64,000 bases of DNA, taken from Candidatus Woesearchaeota archaeon. GTDB taxonomy: Archaea > Nanobdellota > Nanobdellia > Woesearchaeales > ARS49. Of this stretch, positions 36,210-46,430 are shown one piece after another. The translations under genes were made by a program, and so were the position numbers. How positions within the stretch are numbered: the first letter of the stretch is position 1; each line of letters starts with the position of its first letter. The notes under the pieces were generated by a model, which was given only the letters and a program-made list of their open reading frames with translations, did not search any database and was not told where the DNA came from. Location of the stretch: the NCBI GenBank assembly GCA_038868995.1, contig JAWCRZ010000002.1, positions 24,726 through 88,725 of the forward strand, read 5' to 3'.

Positions 36210-36296
36210 GCGTGTTTCAAATAGTGCGTGCTTGATAAAGCTTGCTGTCGAAAACTATTTAAAAGAAGTTGTATTAAGCTGGCTTAAAGAGGAGAT

Positions 36297-36521
36297 ATGC
36301 ACCCGCAAACTGCCAACCATCATACCAATTTGTTGTGGTTATTTTTTGGGCTTATCTTCTGCGCGTTGTTTTTGGTGTTTTCCTTGCCTAAGGGAATTCA
36401 GGTTGCCCCTACCGGGGCAGTTGTTTCTATGCCTGCCGCATCACAGTTTTCTTCCTTGTTCGGTGGGTTTGGCATTGCCTTGATACTGATTGCTTTTGCC
36501 GTCCTGTGCAGGAAACGTTGA
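36297..36521 (+). CDS. Small two-TM protein
   Basis: GAGGAG SD, TM-PTGAVV-TM-RKR. Confidence 0.6.
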   Translation: MHPQTANHHTNLLWLFFGLIFCALFLVFSLPKGIQVAPTGAVVSMPAASQFSSLFGGFGIALILIAFAVLCRKR

Positions 36522-36527
36522 GCAATC

Positions 36528-36535
36528 TTTATAAA
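36528..36535 (+). promoter_or_regulatory. Probable TATA box of proS
   Basis: TTTATAAA about 23 nt upstream of ATG 36558. Confidence 0.55.
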
Positions 36536-36557
36536 CTGCCTCTCGTCATTTTCTTCT

Positions 36558-38006
36558 ATGAAAAAGGATGAGACTCATGGAATTACCGTGAAAAAGTCGG
36601 AAGACATTTCTGAATGGTATACTCAAGTAATTCAAAAAGCAGAGCTTGCCGAATACACTGGCGTCTCCGGCTGTATGATTTACCGGCCGAGGGTTTATGC
36701 TGTTTGGGAGAAGCTTCAATCATTTTTTGATGCTGAGATTAAGAAACTGGGCGTGAAAAACTCTTACTTCCCTCTTTTAATTCCTGAGTCATTGCTCAAC
36801 CGTGAGGCAGAACATGTTGAGGGCTTTGCTCCTGAAGTGGCTTGGGTGACGCATGGAGGGCATACAAAGCTGGCAGAGCGTCTTGCAATCCGTCCCACAT
36901 CAGAAACAATCATGTATGAAGCTTATGCAAAGTGGGTGAGGAGTTATCGCGACCTGCCGATGAAGCTCAACCAGTGGAACAATGTTGTTCGCTGGGAGTT
37001 TAAGCATCCTATACCTTTCCTGAGAGGCAGGGAATTTCTTTGGCAGGAGGGCCATACCATTTTTGCCGATAAGGCGTCTGCAGAGAAGGAAGTTCTTGAT
37101 ATTCTTGAGCTTTACCGTCGTGTTTTTGAGGAAATGCTCGCAGTGCCTGTAATAAAGGGCATCAAGAGTGATAATGAGAAGTTTGCCGGTGCTGATTACA
37201 CGACATCTGTTGAAACAATGGCGCCGAGCGGCAAGGCAGTGCAGGCAGCTACCAGTCATCATCTGGGCCAGCGTTTTGCCAATAGTTTCGGCATTTCATT
37301 TCTTGATGAGAAGGGTGAGAAGGCATTGCCTTATCAGAACAGCTGGGGCTTTTCGACAAGAAGCATTGGCGCGATGATTTTGTTCCATGGAGACGACAGG
37401 GGCTTGGTGATTCCTCCAAGAGTTGCTCCTGTGCACGTGGTTATTGTTCCAATTATGTTTGATGACAGCAAGGAAAAAGTTATCGCAAAATGCCACGAGG
37501 TTGCGAAACATTTGAGAAATGCTGGAATAATTGTCGAAGTTGATGACCGTGACAATTATACTCCCGGCTGGAAGTTCAATGAGCACGAGTTGAAAGGCGT
37601 CTGCATCCGTATAGAGATTGGCCCCAAAGACCTTGAAAGGAATCAGGTGGTCATGGTTAGAAGGGACACCGGCAGGAAGGATTTTATCAAGATTGCCGAC
37701 CTTGCTTTTGTTGTTCCAAAAGAGCTTGAAAGAATGCAGCAGGACTTGTTTGACAAGGCAAAAAAGTTTCTTGATGATAACACCGTTCACGCCAAAACGT
37801 GGAAGGACTTTGAGAAAGGCGTTGCTGAAAGAAAGCTTATTTACGCTCCTTGGTGCTGTACTGCAGAGTGCGCCGAGAAAATCAAGGCAGAGACGGAGGG
37901 CGTTAAGTGCCTTAATCTTCCATTCAGCGAGAAAAAGCCGTTTGCGAAGTGCATCAAATGCGAAAAGCCGGCCAAGAATGTAGCCATCTTTGCTAAATCT
38001 TACTGA
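36558..38006 (+). CDS. proS: Prolyl-tRNA synthetase (archaeal/eukaryotic type)
   Basis: RPTSET, VVRWE, FLWQEGHT, QNSWGFSTR, C-terminal AKSY. Confidence 0.97.
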   Translation: MKKDETHGITVKKSEDISEWYTQVIQKAELAEYTGVSGCMIYRPRVYAVWEKLQSFFDAEIKKLGVKNSYFPLLIPESLLNREAEHVEGFAPEVAWVTHGGHTKLAERLAIRPTSETIMYEAYAKWVRSYRDLPMKLNQWNNVVRWEFKHPIPFLRGREFLWQEGHTIFADKASAEKEVLDILELYRRVFEEMLAVPVIKGIKSDNEKFAGADYTTSVETMAPSGKAVQAATSHHLGQRFANSFGISFLDEKGEKALPYQNSWGFSTRSIGAMILFHGDDRGLVIPPRVAPVHVVIVPIMFDDSKEKVIAKCHEVAKHLRNAGIIVEVDDRDNYTPGWKFNEHELKGVCIRIEIGPKDLERNQVVMVRRDTGRKDFIKIADLAFVVPKELERMQQDLFDKAKKFLDDNTVHAKTWKDFEKGVAERKLIYAPWCCTAECAEKIKAETEGVKCLNLPFSEKKPFAKCIKCEKPAKNVAIFAKSY

Positions 38007-38007
38007 T

Positions 38008-38703
38008 ATGTTGAAAGCAGATATGCATATGCACGCCATTGGCGATCCTGAAGATACTTTTATAACTCACAGTCCTGAGCAGCTTATTGATTACGCTGCC
38101 AGTCATTCTTTTGATGTTCTTTCCATTTCATGCCACGGTAAAGTTTTGTATGATGAAAAGCTTGCCGGTTATGCCTTAAAGAAGGGAATCCTGCTTATTC
38201 CAGGAGCGGAGGCATTTATTGATGGTAAGCACGTTTTAATCTACAACATTTCTCAGCGTGAACTTGATTCTCTCAAAACATTTGGTGATTTGCGCGCTTT
38301 GAGGAAAAAGAGAAAAGACGTACTTGTTATTGCTCCTCATCCTTATTATCCTATGGCAAGTTGTCTGCACGACAAGCTTGTTGAAAACATTGACTTGTTC
38401 GACGCCATAGAAATCTCTCATATGTATTTTTGGTTTTTTGACTTTAACAGGAAAGCGGTAAAAATCGCAAAAAAGTACGGCAGGCCGTTGGTTGCTTTGT
38501 CGGATACGCATTACTTGTGGATGTTTGGCAGAAACTATACTTTGGTTGATTCAAAGAAGGATGTTAAAAGCTATATTTCTGCCATTAGGCAGGGCAAGGT
38601 TTTGCCTGTTCACAAGCCATTGTCTTTTGTTATGTTTGTAAGGGAGCTTCTCTGGATTGCTCATAGCGTGCTTTGCAATTTATTTCACACCACTTCGAAG
38701 TAA
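38008..38703 (+). CDS. PHP-domain metallophosphoesterase
   Basis: DMHMH, GAE, APHP, SDTH. Confidence 0.85.
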   Translation: MLKADMHMHAIGDPEDTFITHSPEQLIDYAASHSFDVLSISCHGKVLYDEKLAGYALKKGILLIPGAEAFIDGKHVLIYNISQRELDSLKTFGDLRALRKKRKDVLVIAPHPYYPMASCLHDKLVENIDLFDAIEISHMYFWFFDFNRKAVKIAKKYGRPLVALSDTHYLWMFGRNYTLVDSKKDVKSYISAIRQGKVLPVHKPLSFVMFVRELLWIAHSVLCNLFHTTSK

Positions 38704-38717
38704 TCGCATAGTTTTTC

Positions 38718-39230
38718 ATGCAAAAGGGATATTTCAATGTTATGCGCTTGGTATTTTTGCAAATATGCTTGTTGCTGCTCGTGGCTTGCAGCACGACTTC
38801 CAGTCGTCCAATCATTGCGGACATCATTAATGTTGAAGGAATGCCTGTTGGTGTCGCTTCTTTATATGAGGAGCGTGGAGGGTTGGCATTATATATGTCA
38901 GTTCAAACTCTATCTCCTGGTGTTCACGCTTTGCACATCCACGATTCTGGCGTTTGTGAGCCGCCTGATTTCATAACTGCCGGCGCGCATTACAATCCTT
39001 TCAACAAAGAGCACGGTTTTGATAATCCAAAGGGCGCTCATGCCGGCGACCTTCCGAATTTTGAGGTCGGCTCTTCAGGAGGCGCGCACGTTGAGCTTTT
39101 TGTTCAGAATTTGTACCTTTCGCAAGTTATCGGACGTTCGTTAATAATTCACGCAGACCCTGATGATTACGTCACAGACCCTTCAGGCAACAGCGGTGCG
39201 AGGATTGCGTGTGCTGTGTTGAAGCGATAA
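38718..39230 (+). CDS. sodC: Cu/Zn superoxide dismutase lipoprotein
   Basis: HALHIH, GAHYNP, HAGDLPN, IIHADPDD, GNSGARIAC; LVAC lipobox. Confidence 0.92.
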   Translation: MQKGYFNVMRLVFLQICLLLLVACSTTSSRPIIADIINVEGMPVGVASLYEERGGLALYMSVQTLSPGVHALHIHDSGVCEPPDFITAGAHYNPFNKEHGFDNPKGAHAGDLPNFEVGSSGGAHVELFVQNLYLSQVIGRSLIIHADPDDYVTDPSGNSGARIACAVLKR

Positions 39231-39292
39231 ATTTATATACTCCCCATATAGAATGAGCGTCAAGAGGTCAGAGATTCTCGAGGGGTTTATTC

Positions 39293-39931
39293 ATGGAAAA
39301 TGATATGAAAGTGCAGAAAGGAACAACTACAGTCGGCATTATGTGCCGTGATGGGGTTGTTCTGGCAGCAGACAAAAGGGCAACAGCCGGCTTTGTTGTA
39401 AACAAGCGTACGCAGAAGATTCACAAGATTACTGACAATATGGCTGTTACGATGGCTGGTTTGGTATCGGATGCTCAATTATTGGTCAAGCTTATCCGTG
39501 CCGAGGTTAAGTTGAAGGACTTGTCTACATTAAGAACAAGCACGGTTAAGGAAACGGCAAACCTGCTCGCTGGAATGCTCTATATGAATTTGAGAAAAAT
39601 GTCAATGGTGCCTGGCATTGTGAGTTTCCTGCTTGGCGGTTATGACCACGAGGGCCACCATTTGTGGGATTTGGGCATTGATGGCAGCACGACTGAGGTT
39701 GAGGATTATGTTTCTGATGGTTCTGGAAGCATTTTTGCGTTGGGCGTTTTGGAAGCCCTGTACAAGAAGGGAATGTCTGTTGAGGAAGGCGTCAAGCTGG
39801 CAGTGAAGGCGATTGGCGCGGCATTGCAGCGTGACGTGAACACCGGCAACGGTATTGACGTTGTTGTGATTGACAGCAAGGGCGTCAGGACTGTTCTGGA
39901 GAAGGATTTGAACATCAAGATTGAAGTGTAA
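39293..39931 (+). CDS. psmB: Proteasome beta subunit
   Basis: Propeptide then G|TTTVG, AADKRAT, GSGS. Confidence 0.96.
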   Translation: MENDMKVQKGTTTVGIMCRDGVVLAADKRATAGFVVNKRTQKIHKITDNMAVTMAGLVSDAQLLVKLIRAEVKLKDLSTLRTSTVKETANLLAGMLYMNLRKMSMVPGIVSFLLGGYDHEGHHLWDLGIDGSTTEVEDYVSDGSGSIFALGVLEALYKKGMSVEEGVKLAVKAIGAALQRDVNTGNGIDVVVIDSKGVRTVLEKDLNIKIEV

Positions 39932-40078
39932 GCCCGTAGGGCGTTCTCGTATGAAGGAGGAAATAAGGTATAACTGCTTTGATGCCGCAGGCAAAGGCGT
40001 GCGTGCAAAGTTTGGGTTGATTTCCTTGCATTTGTGAGGGAACCCAATTCGGCATTGGACAGAATACCAAAATCAACT

Positions 40079-41971
40079 ATGGCAGAGATTGTAAAAGAAA
40101 TAATGAAGTTTTTGCCTGCTGACAAGGTCAGCGACGTGGCATTTGAAGGTGCCAACATTGTCCTTTACACAAAGAATAAGGATTTCTTTTTGGATAATGA
40201 GGGTCTTATCAAGCAGGTTGTTAATGAATTCAAGAAAAGAGTAGAGTTAAGGCCTGACCCGTCTATCACAATGTCGCAGGAAAAGGCTGAGAAGGAAATC
40301 AAGAAATTGATGCCTGAGGATGCTGGAATTTCCCAGATTCTTTTTGACCCTGACCGTTCGATTGTGATTATTGAAGCTGAAAAGCCCGGGCTTGCCATTG
40401 GCAAGCAGGGTTCTTTGCTGAAGGAAATTCGTGAAAAGATTTTTTGGATTCCAATTATCAGGAGAACTCCTGCACTGCGTTCTCAATTAATTGAAAACAT
40501 CCGTGCAGTTCTTTTTGAGCATTCTGATTATCGCAGGAAGTTCCTTGACAAGGTGGGCCATCGTGTTTATGACGGCTGGATGCGTGAGAAGAAGAATGAG
40601 TGGATTAGGGTTACTCATCTTGGCGCTGCAAGGCAGGTTGGCAGGAGCTGTATTTTTCTGCAGACGCCCGAGTCAAGAATCCTGCTGGATTGTGGAATAA
40701 ACGTTGCTGCAGAGGGTCCTGAGGAATATCCTTTGCTTGACGCTCCTGAGTTTAACATCCAGCAGTTGGACGCTATTGTTCTTTCCCACGCCCATGTCGA
40801 CCATTCCGGCTTTATTCCTTATCTTTACAAGATGGGCTTCAGGGGCCCTGTTTACTGCACTGAGCCGACAAGGGACGAGGCCGCTTTGTTGATGCTTGAT
40901 ATGGTCAAGATTATGAAGTCGGAGAACAAGGAGCCGATTTATGATGCTGAGGATGTCAAGCAGTTTGTTTTGCACTGCATTACTTTGAACTGGGAGGAGG
41001 TTTCTGACATTACTCCTGATGTCCGCCTAACGTTGTACCCTGCTGGGCATATTTTGGGCAGTTCAATGGCACACTTGCATATTGGCAACGGTTTGCACAA
41101 TCTTCTTTACACGGGTGATTTGAAGTATGGCAAGACGCCTTTGCTTGACCCTGCAGCAACTATTTTCCCACGTCTTGAAACGGTTATTATGGAAGGGACG
41201 TATGGAGGCAAGACGGATATCGGCATTCCTTCGCACGAGGCAGACGCCTTGTTGTGCAATTACATCAAGGAAACCTTGAAACGTGGCGGTAAAGTACTTA
41301 TGCCTGTGCTTGGTACTGGAAAGGCGCAGGACCTGATGGTCATGATTGAGGGGATGGTGCGTAGGGGCGAGCTTGACCCAATTCCTGTTTATATTGATGG
41401 TATGGTTTGGGACATTACTTGCATTCACACTGCCTATCCAGAGTACTTGAACGCAAATCTGAGAAAGCTTATCTTTCATAAGGACCAAAACCCGTTTCTG
41501 AATCCGATTTTCAAGCGCGTTGGAAGCGCCAAGGAGAGGATGCAGGTGATAGAGGAGACTGGTCCTGCCGTTATTATGGCTACTTCCGGCATGATGGTTG
41601 GCGGTCCTTCTGTTGAATATTTGAAACATCTTGCTGATAATCCGAAGAACAGCTTGATTTTTTCTTGTTATCTTGGTGAAGGCACGCTTGGCCGCAGAAT
41701 CTTTGGCGGCGAGAGGGAGCTTATTTTCAAAAAGGGTGTCGGCCAGGAGGTTGTTACTATTAAGATGGAAGTGGTTAAGGTTGCCGTGTCAGACCATTCT
41801 GACAGGAAGCAGTTGATGAATTTTGTCTTCAAGTGCCAGCCGCGTCCGAAGAAAGTGATTGTGCAACACGGTGAAAGCACAAAAGTGCTTGACCTTGCCT
41901 CCGCCATCCACAAGCTGGGAAGAATTGAAACAGCAGCGCCCAAGAACCTGGAAACAGTGCGCATCAAGTAA
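40079..41971 (+). CDS. fttA: aCPSF1/FttA beta-CASP ribonuclease, transcription termination factor
   Basis: N-terminal KH domains, SHAHVDH, AGHILGS, HSD, HGE; follows psmB. Confidence 0.93.
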   Translation: MAEIVKEIMKFLPADKVSDVAFEGANIVLYTKNKDFFLDNEGLIKQVVNEFKKRVELRPDPSITMSQEKAEKEIKKLMPEDAGISQILFDPDRSIVIIEAEKPGLAIGKQGSLLKEIREKIFWIPIIRRTPALRSQLIENIRAVLFEHSDYRRKFLDKVGHRVYDGWMREKKNEWIRVTHLGAARQVGRSCIFLQTPESRILLDCGINVAAEGPEEYPLLDAPEFNIQQLDAIVLSHAHVDHSGFIPYLYKMGFRGPVYCTEPTRDEAALLMLDMVKIMKSENKEPIYDAEDVKQFVLHCITLNWEEVSDITPDVRLTLYPAGHILGSSMAHLHIGNGLHNLLYTGDLKYGKTPLLDPAATIFPRLETVIMEGTYGGKTDIGIPSHEADALLCNYIKETLKRGGKVLMPVLGTGKAQDLMVMIEGMVRRGELDPIPVYIDGMVWDITCIHTAYPEYLNANLRKLIFHKDQNPFLNPIFKRVGSAKERMQVIEETGPAVIMATSGMMVGGPSVEYLKHLADNPKNSLIFSCYLGEGTLGRRIFGGERELIFKKGVGQEVVTIKMEVVKVAVSDHSDRKQLMNFVFKCQPRPKKVIVQHGESTKVLDLASAIHKLGRIETAAPKNLETVRIK

Positions 41972-42003
41972 TGTTTTTATATCGCCAATTTCCCGTTAAT
42001 ATC

Positions 42004-42978
42004 GTGAAAGCGCTTGTTACGGGCATTGCTGGGCAGGACGGGAGCTATCTGGCTGAATTTTTGCTGCAGAAGGGCTATCAGGTTTTTGGCTTCAAACGCC
42101 ATGAGGATAATCTTGCCAATATTGGGCATATTAAAAGGAAAATAGTGCTTATTGACGGCGACCTTGCAAATGCCAAAGATGTTTTCAAAGCTGTTGAGCA
42201 GTCCATGCCGGATGAGGTTTATAATCTTGCTGCCATTTCCCATGTTGTGAAAGCCGCTTCTGCAAAAAATCTGTATGATGTTAATGTTGGCGGCGTCAGA
42301 TACATTATTGAAGCCGTCAAAAAGTTGAAGCCTGATGCAAAACTCTTTCAGGCATCTTCTGCCAAGATGTTCGGTGGCAGCACCATTTGCCCCCAGAATG
42401 AGCAAACGCCTTTCTCACCAGTCAGCGAATATGCAAAATCAAAAGTTGAAGCGCATAAATTAATTGTGCAGGCAAGAAATGATGGTTTGTTTGCCTCATG
42501 TGGCATTCTTTATAATCATGAAAGTCCGCGCAGGACGGTTGATTTTGTGTCGAGAAAAATCTCAAGCACGGTTGCACGCATTGCAAAAGGTGAAAAACTT
42601 ATCTTGAAACTTGGAAACCTGAACGCAGTCAATGACTGGGGTTTTGCCGGCGATTACGTTAAAGCCATGCATCTTATTCTCCAGCAGGAAAAGCCTGATG
42701 ATTTTATTATAGGCACCGGCGAGAGGCATACTGTCCGTGATTTTGTCAATGAAGCATTTGCTTTTGTTGGAAAGACGATTGAATGGCGCGGCACGGGAGT
42801 TGATGAGAAGGGATATGCGGATGGAAAGCTTCTTGTGGAAGTCGACCCGCAGTTTTTGCGCCCGGCTGACACAACTCCGTCTGTTGCGGATTTCTCAAAA
42901 ATTAAAAAAGCCGGCTGGAAGCCGGAAGTTTCTTTCAGTCAGCTGGTTAAGATGATGGTTTCTGCCGATTTGAGATGA
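42004..42978 (+). CDS. gmd: GDP-mannose 4,6-dehydratase family
   Basis: TGIAGQDGSYL, YNLAA, YAKSK, NHESPRR, DWGFAGDY. Confidence 0.88.
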   Translation: MKALVTGIAGQDGSYLAEFLLQKGYQVFGFKRHEDNLANIGHIKRKIVLIDGDLANAKDVFKAVEQSMPDEVYNLAAISHVVKAASAKNLYDVNVGGVRYIIEAVKKLKPDAKLFQASSAKMFGGSTICPQNEQTPFSPVSEYAKSKVEAHKLIVQARNDGLFASCGILYNHESPRRTVDFVSRKISSTVARIAKGEKLILKLGNLNAVNDWGFAGDYVKAMHLILQQEKPDDFIIGTGERHTVRDFVNEAFAFVGKTIEWRGTGVDEKGYADGKLLVEVDPQFLRPADTTPSVADFSKIKKAGWKPEVSFSQLVKMMVSADLR

Positions 42979-43870
42979 ATTCTTTAACTCGCTGATTGAA
43001 TTCTTCCTGTGTCACGCGTGTTTTTTCCGCTCTCAGGTCTATGCTTGCCAGCAGTTTTGGAAGCGAAATCGGGTCTCGTGCAATTTGACTTAGCAGGATG
43101 TTGGCAAGTGCCAGAACAAACAAATAAAATGGATAATGCTTGTATGCAAATCTGATAAAGTTTTTGTATTCGATTATTTTTGTGCTTCGTGAGTTTTTTA
43201 ATTTGTTGATGGTGTATGAACCAATGTGCTTTATGGCGACAGCTGGGTCGTATATTACCTTATAGCCGGCTTTTTTGATGCGCACAAACAAGTCGGTGTC
43301 TTCATACCAGAATGGCGACTGTTTTTCATCATACAATCCAATCCTGTCTGCAACTGTGCGCCTTATGACTATGCAGGCGCCGCTTGTCATATCAACATAT
43401 TGTTTTTTGTTCTCGTCTTCCACGCTTTTTTTCACGCTTCCCTGCCAGCGCGGTACAAAGTATGTGCCGGTTTCTTCAATGCTTCCGTCCGGCCGGAAAC
43501 ATTTCATTCCAGCGACTGCCGCTGTTCTGTCCGCTTCCAAATCAGCTACAAGTTTGCCAAGCCATTGTTTCTGGTTTTCTGGAATGATGACGTCGTTGCT
43601 GAAATACACGATGTAGTCAGGTTTTTCCTTTATTGCGTGGAAAACTCCTGTGTTCATTCCTTTTGGAAAGCCCAGGTTTCTCTTAAGCACAATAAATGGA
43701 ACGTTGAATTTTTTTATTTTTTCAACCGAATCGTCTGTTGAGCCGTTGTCTACAACTGTCAGTTTGTAGTTCTTGTATGCGGTATTCCTTATCAGTGTGT
43801 GCAGGCAGTTTTCAATTATCTCGCCGCCGTTAAAATTTATTACCACAATGGAAACAAGCGGTTCTTTCAT
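42947..43870 (-). CDS. GT2 glycosyltransferase
   Basis: VVDNGSTD, NLGF, SGAC, EDTD. Confidence 0.9.
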   Translation of the reverse strand: MKEPLVSIVVINFNGGEIIENCLHTLIRNTAYKNYKLTVVDNGSTDDSVEKIKKFNVPFIVLKRNLGFPKGMNTGVFHAIKEKPDYIVYFSNDVIIPENQKQWLGKLVADLEADRTAAVAGMKCFRPDGSIEETGTYFVPRWQGSVKKSVEDENKKQYVDMTSGACIVIRRTVADRIGLYDEKQSPFWYEDTDLFVRIKKAGYKVIYDPAVAIKHIGSYTINKLKNSRSTKIIEYKNFIRFAYKHYPFYLFVLALANILLSQIARDPISLPKLLASIDLRAEKTRVTQEEFNQRVKEFISNRQKPSS

Positions 43871-45165
43871 TCTACATATCCTAACGCTTCCAGCTGTTCT
43901 CTGAGTTCTGGAGGGACCGTCACTTGCGTTCCGTTGCTTGTTGTTTGATTGACCCAGTCGTTGTAAATGGTTGAGAGTGCTGTTGCAAGGTTCTGTTGCT
44001 CCCTGAAGATGTTGTTTTGTTCTCCGGGGTCTTTTGTGAGGTTGAAGAGGTATTGGTAATGTCGCGCCCAGTAGTATTTAACGTCTGTTGTCTGTATTGC
44101 ATACGGAACTGGTTTTCCGTGGTCGCGCTCGCTTATTGCGTATTTTTGTCCTTCTGCGAGTGATTTTCCTTCAAATGTTTCCGGCTTTTTCAACCTCACC
44201 ATGTTTAGAAGAGTTGGAGCGATGTCAATGCTCATTGCAAGTTTTTTACTTACTCCTGGCTTTAATCCCGGTGCAGCTATTATTAAAGGCACGTGCAGGA
44301 GTTCGTTGTATAGCGTGTGTGAGTGCCAGCCGACTTGTCCGTGTTCTCCGAATTCCTCTCCGTGGTCTGATGTTATTACAATAATAGTCCTGTTGTATCT
44401 TCCGATTTCTTTCAATTGTTCTATAAACCATTTCATTGTTCTGTCAACTGATAATATTTCAGCGTCATATGTGGCTATGATGTGCTGCAAATCCTCTTGT
44501 GTGATGTTGTGCTTTTTGTTGTTTATTTTTTTTAGAAGCTCTACTGATATGTTTGTTCCAAGGGTGCCTGTGTAGTTTTTTTCTATTTCCTTCAAAAGTG
44601 CGGGGTCTGGAGTGTATGGGTGGTGTATTTCGTATGTGTGGAGAAAAAGAAACACAGGTCCGTGTGTTTCATTGAGCCATTCCAATCCCTGCTCTGCTAT
44701 CTGCCTGAATGTATCGTTTTTGAACTCTGCAAACACGTCAAAGCCCCTGTCAAAGCCGTATTTTGCTGACATCTGCCCGCTTCCTGTAAAGCCGGCAGTT
44801 GCATACTTCTCCCTTCTGAGTATTTCCGGCAGGGGAAGGTAGTCCTTTGCGTAGCTTGTGTTTCGTGAATTGAAGCTTTGGTGGTGGGAAGGTATGGCTG
44901 ACGTTAGGATTGATGCGTGTGCTGCCTGTGTTGATGGCGCTTGTGAAATTACATTGGTGAACAGTATTCCTTCTGATGCAAGTTTGCAGATGTTTTCAGT
45001 AATGTCAACTTCATATTTGTCGTAGCCGTTGCATGTTAAATGGTCTCCCCTGAAAGTGTCTATTGAGATTAGTATTATGCTGCAGTCAGGGCAGGCGTAA
45101 TCTGCCAAATCGCCTGTTGGCGTGCATGCTGCAAGCAAAATAAAAAGTAAAACTATTTTTTTCAT
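43867..45165 (-). CDS. Sulfatase-like AlkP-superfamily lipoprotein
   Basis: LAAC lipobox, IDTFRGDH, TSDHGEEF, LEALGY; Thr in place of CxPxR. Confidence 0.85.
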   Translation of the reverse strand: MKKIVLLFILLAACTPTGDLADYACPDCSIILISIDTFRGDHLTCNGYDKYEVDITENICKLASEGILFTNVISQAPSTQAAHASILTSAIPSHHQSFNSRNTSYAKDYLPLPEILRREKYATAGFTGSGQMSAKYGFDRGFDVFAEFKNDTFRQIAEQGLEWLNETHGPVFLFLHTYEIHHPYTPDPALLKEIEKNYTGTLGTNISVELLKKINNKKHNITQEDLQHIIATYDAEILSVDRTMKWFIEQLKEIGRYNRTIIVITSDHGEEFGEHGQVGWHSHTLYNELLHVPLIIAAPGLKPGVSKKLAMSIDIAPTLLNMVRLKKPETFEGKSLAEGQKYAISERDHGKPVPYAIQTTDVKYYWARHYQYLFNLTKDPGEQNNIFREQQNLATALSTIYNDWVNQTTSNGTQVTVPPELREQLEALGYVE

Positions 45166-46430
45166 ATAACATATCCCAAACTTCTGAGCCGTTCGTCTGC
45201 TTCTGACTGCACGGCGCGTTGTTCATCGTTGAGTTTGGTGGTGTTCATCCAGTTGTCGCTTATCCATTTCTTTAATCTGTCAAGCATTGGCTCTTTCTCC
45301 GGGTGTTTTGGATTGTTTTTCTGCTCGTAGGGGTCTGTTGAAATGTCAAAGAATTGTTGCCTGCGCTCAGGCAGATAAATCAAATGGTAGTTTTGCGACA
45401 GCATTGCGTATTCCTGCAGGTCTGTTTTGTTCTTCTGGCGGTAGTATGATCTGCTGATGATGTCGCCTGTTTGGTATTGCTTGTTCTGCACGATGTTGAA
45501 AATGCTTTGTGTTGGCGTGTTTTCTTTGATGCGCTGTGGTTTTATGTTTGGTCCTCTGATGACATAGGGTACGTGGAGAACTTCTGTGTACAGCGTTAGC
45601 GCGTGCCCTATTCTTCCGTGTTCAAGGAACTCTTCTCCGTGGTCTGCGGTTATGATGAGCAGAGTTTTGCTTTTCAGCCCGAGTTCGTCAAGTACGCCAA
45701 CAAGCTCGCCAACGTATTTGTCTGTATAGTAGATTTCAGCGTCGTAGAGTGCTTTGATGCAGTCGAGCTCGCGTTTTGTTATGTTTTTCATGTTGGTGAT
45801 TTCTTTTATGTCCATGGTGTTGTATATTCTGCCGCAGGTTTCCTTTGAATACCCGAACATCTCCTCGTATTCAGGCAGGGGGTTGTAGTTGAAGTGTGGG
45901 TCAAAATAGTGCACCCAGAGGAAGAATTTTTTTTCTGAGTTGTTTTTCAGCCAGTTGATTACCTGCTTGTTTAGGATGTGCGAAGTTACCGATGACCTGT
46001 TCTTCCCTATATTTGTGAAACTTTCGAATCCTTTCCAGTCAGGCGCAACAAGCCCGTGATGGTCTGTGAATGCGGCGGTTGTATAGCCTGCATCCCGCAG
46101 TTCTTCTGCCGCATGGCGTGTGGTGTTGTAGAATGAATGCAGTTCCTCCATCTCCGTGTTTGAAATGACTTTGCCTGTAAGTATTGCGCGCAGTGCGAAT
46201 GGAGTGTAGGATGCCTGGCTGATTGCTTTTTCAAAAAGCACTCCTTCTTCAGCTATTTTGCAGATGTTTGGCGCCGTGTTTTTTGTGTATCCATAGCACT
46301 GCAAGTGGTCTGCCCTTACTGTGTCTATTGTGATTAGCAGTATGTTGCAACCAGGGCATGAGTATTCTGTTTCAGGAACTTGTATGCAGCCGGCGAGAAA
46401 AATTAGTGAAAGAATGATTGCCCGCTTCAT
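45162..46430 (-). CDS. Sulfatase-like AlkP-superfamily lipoprotein (paralog)
   Basis: LAGC lipobox, IDTVRADH, FDPH, ADHGEEF, LRSLGY. Confidence 0.85.
   Translation of the reverse strand: MKRAIILSLIFLAGCIQVPETEYSCPGCNILLITIDTVRADHLQCYGYTKNTAPNICKIAEEGVLFEKAISQASYTPFALRAILTGKVISNTEMEELHSFYNTTRHAAEELRDAGYTTAAFTDHHGLVAPDWKGFESFTNIGKNRSSVTSHILNKQVINWLKNNSEKKFFLWVHYFDPHFNYNPLPEYEEMFGYSKETCGRIYNTMDIKEITNMKNITKRELDCIKALYDAEIYYTDKYVGELVGVLDELGLKSKTLLIITADHGEEFLEHGRIGHALTLYTEVLHVPYVIRGPNIKPQRIKENTPTQSIFNIVQNKQYQTGDIISRSYYRQKNKTDLQEYAMLSQNYHLIYLPERRQQFFDISTDPYEQKNNPKHPEKEPMLDRLKKWISDNWMNTTKLNDEQRAVQSEADERLRSLGYVI

Noticed and set aside
39985..40055. c-di-GMP-I riboswitch-like GGCAAA...GCAAAG
   Set aside because: Only 9 nt between the motifs and no GNRA-capped P2 stem; does not fit the consensus
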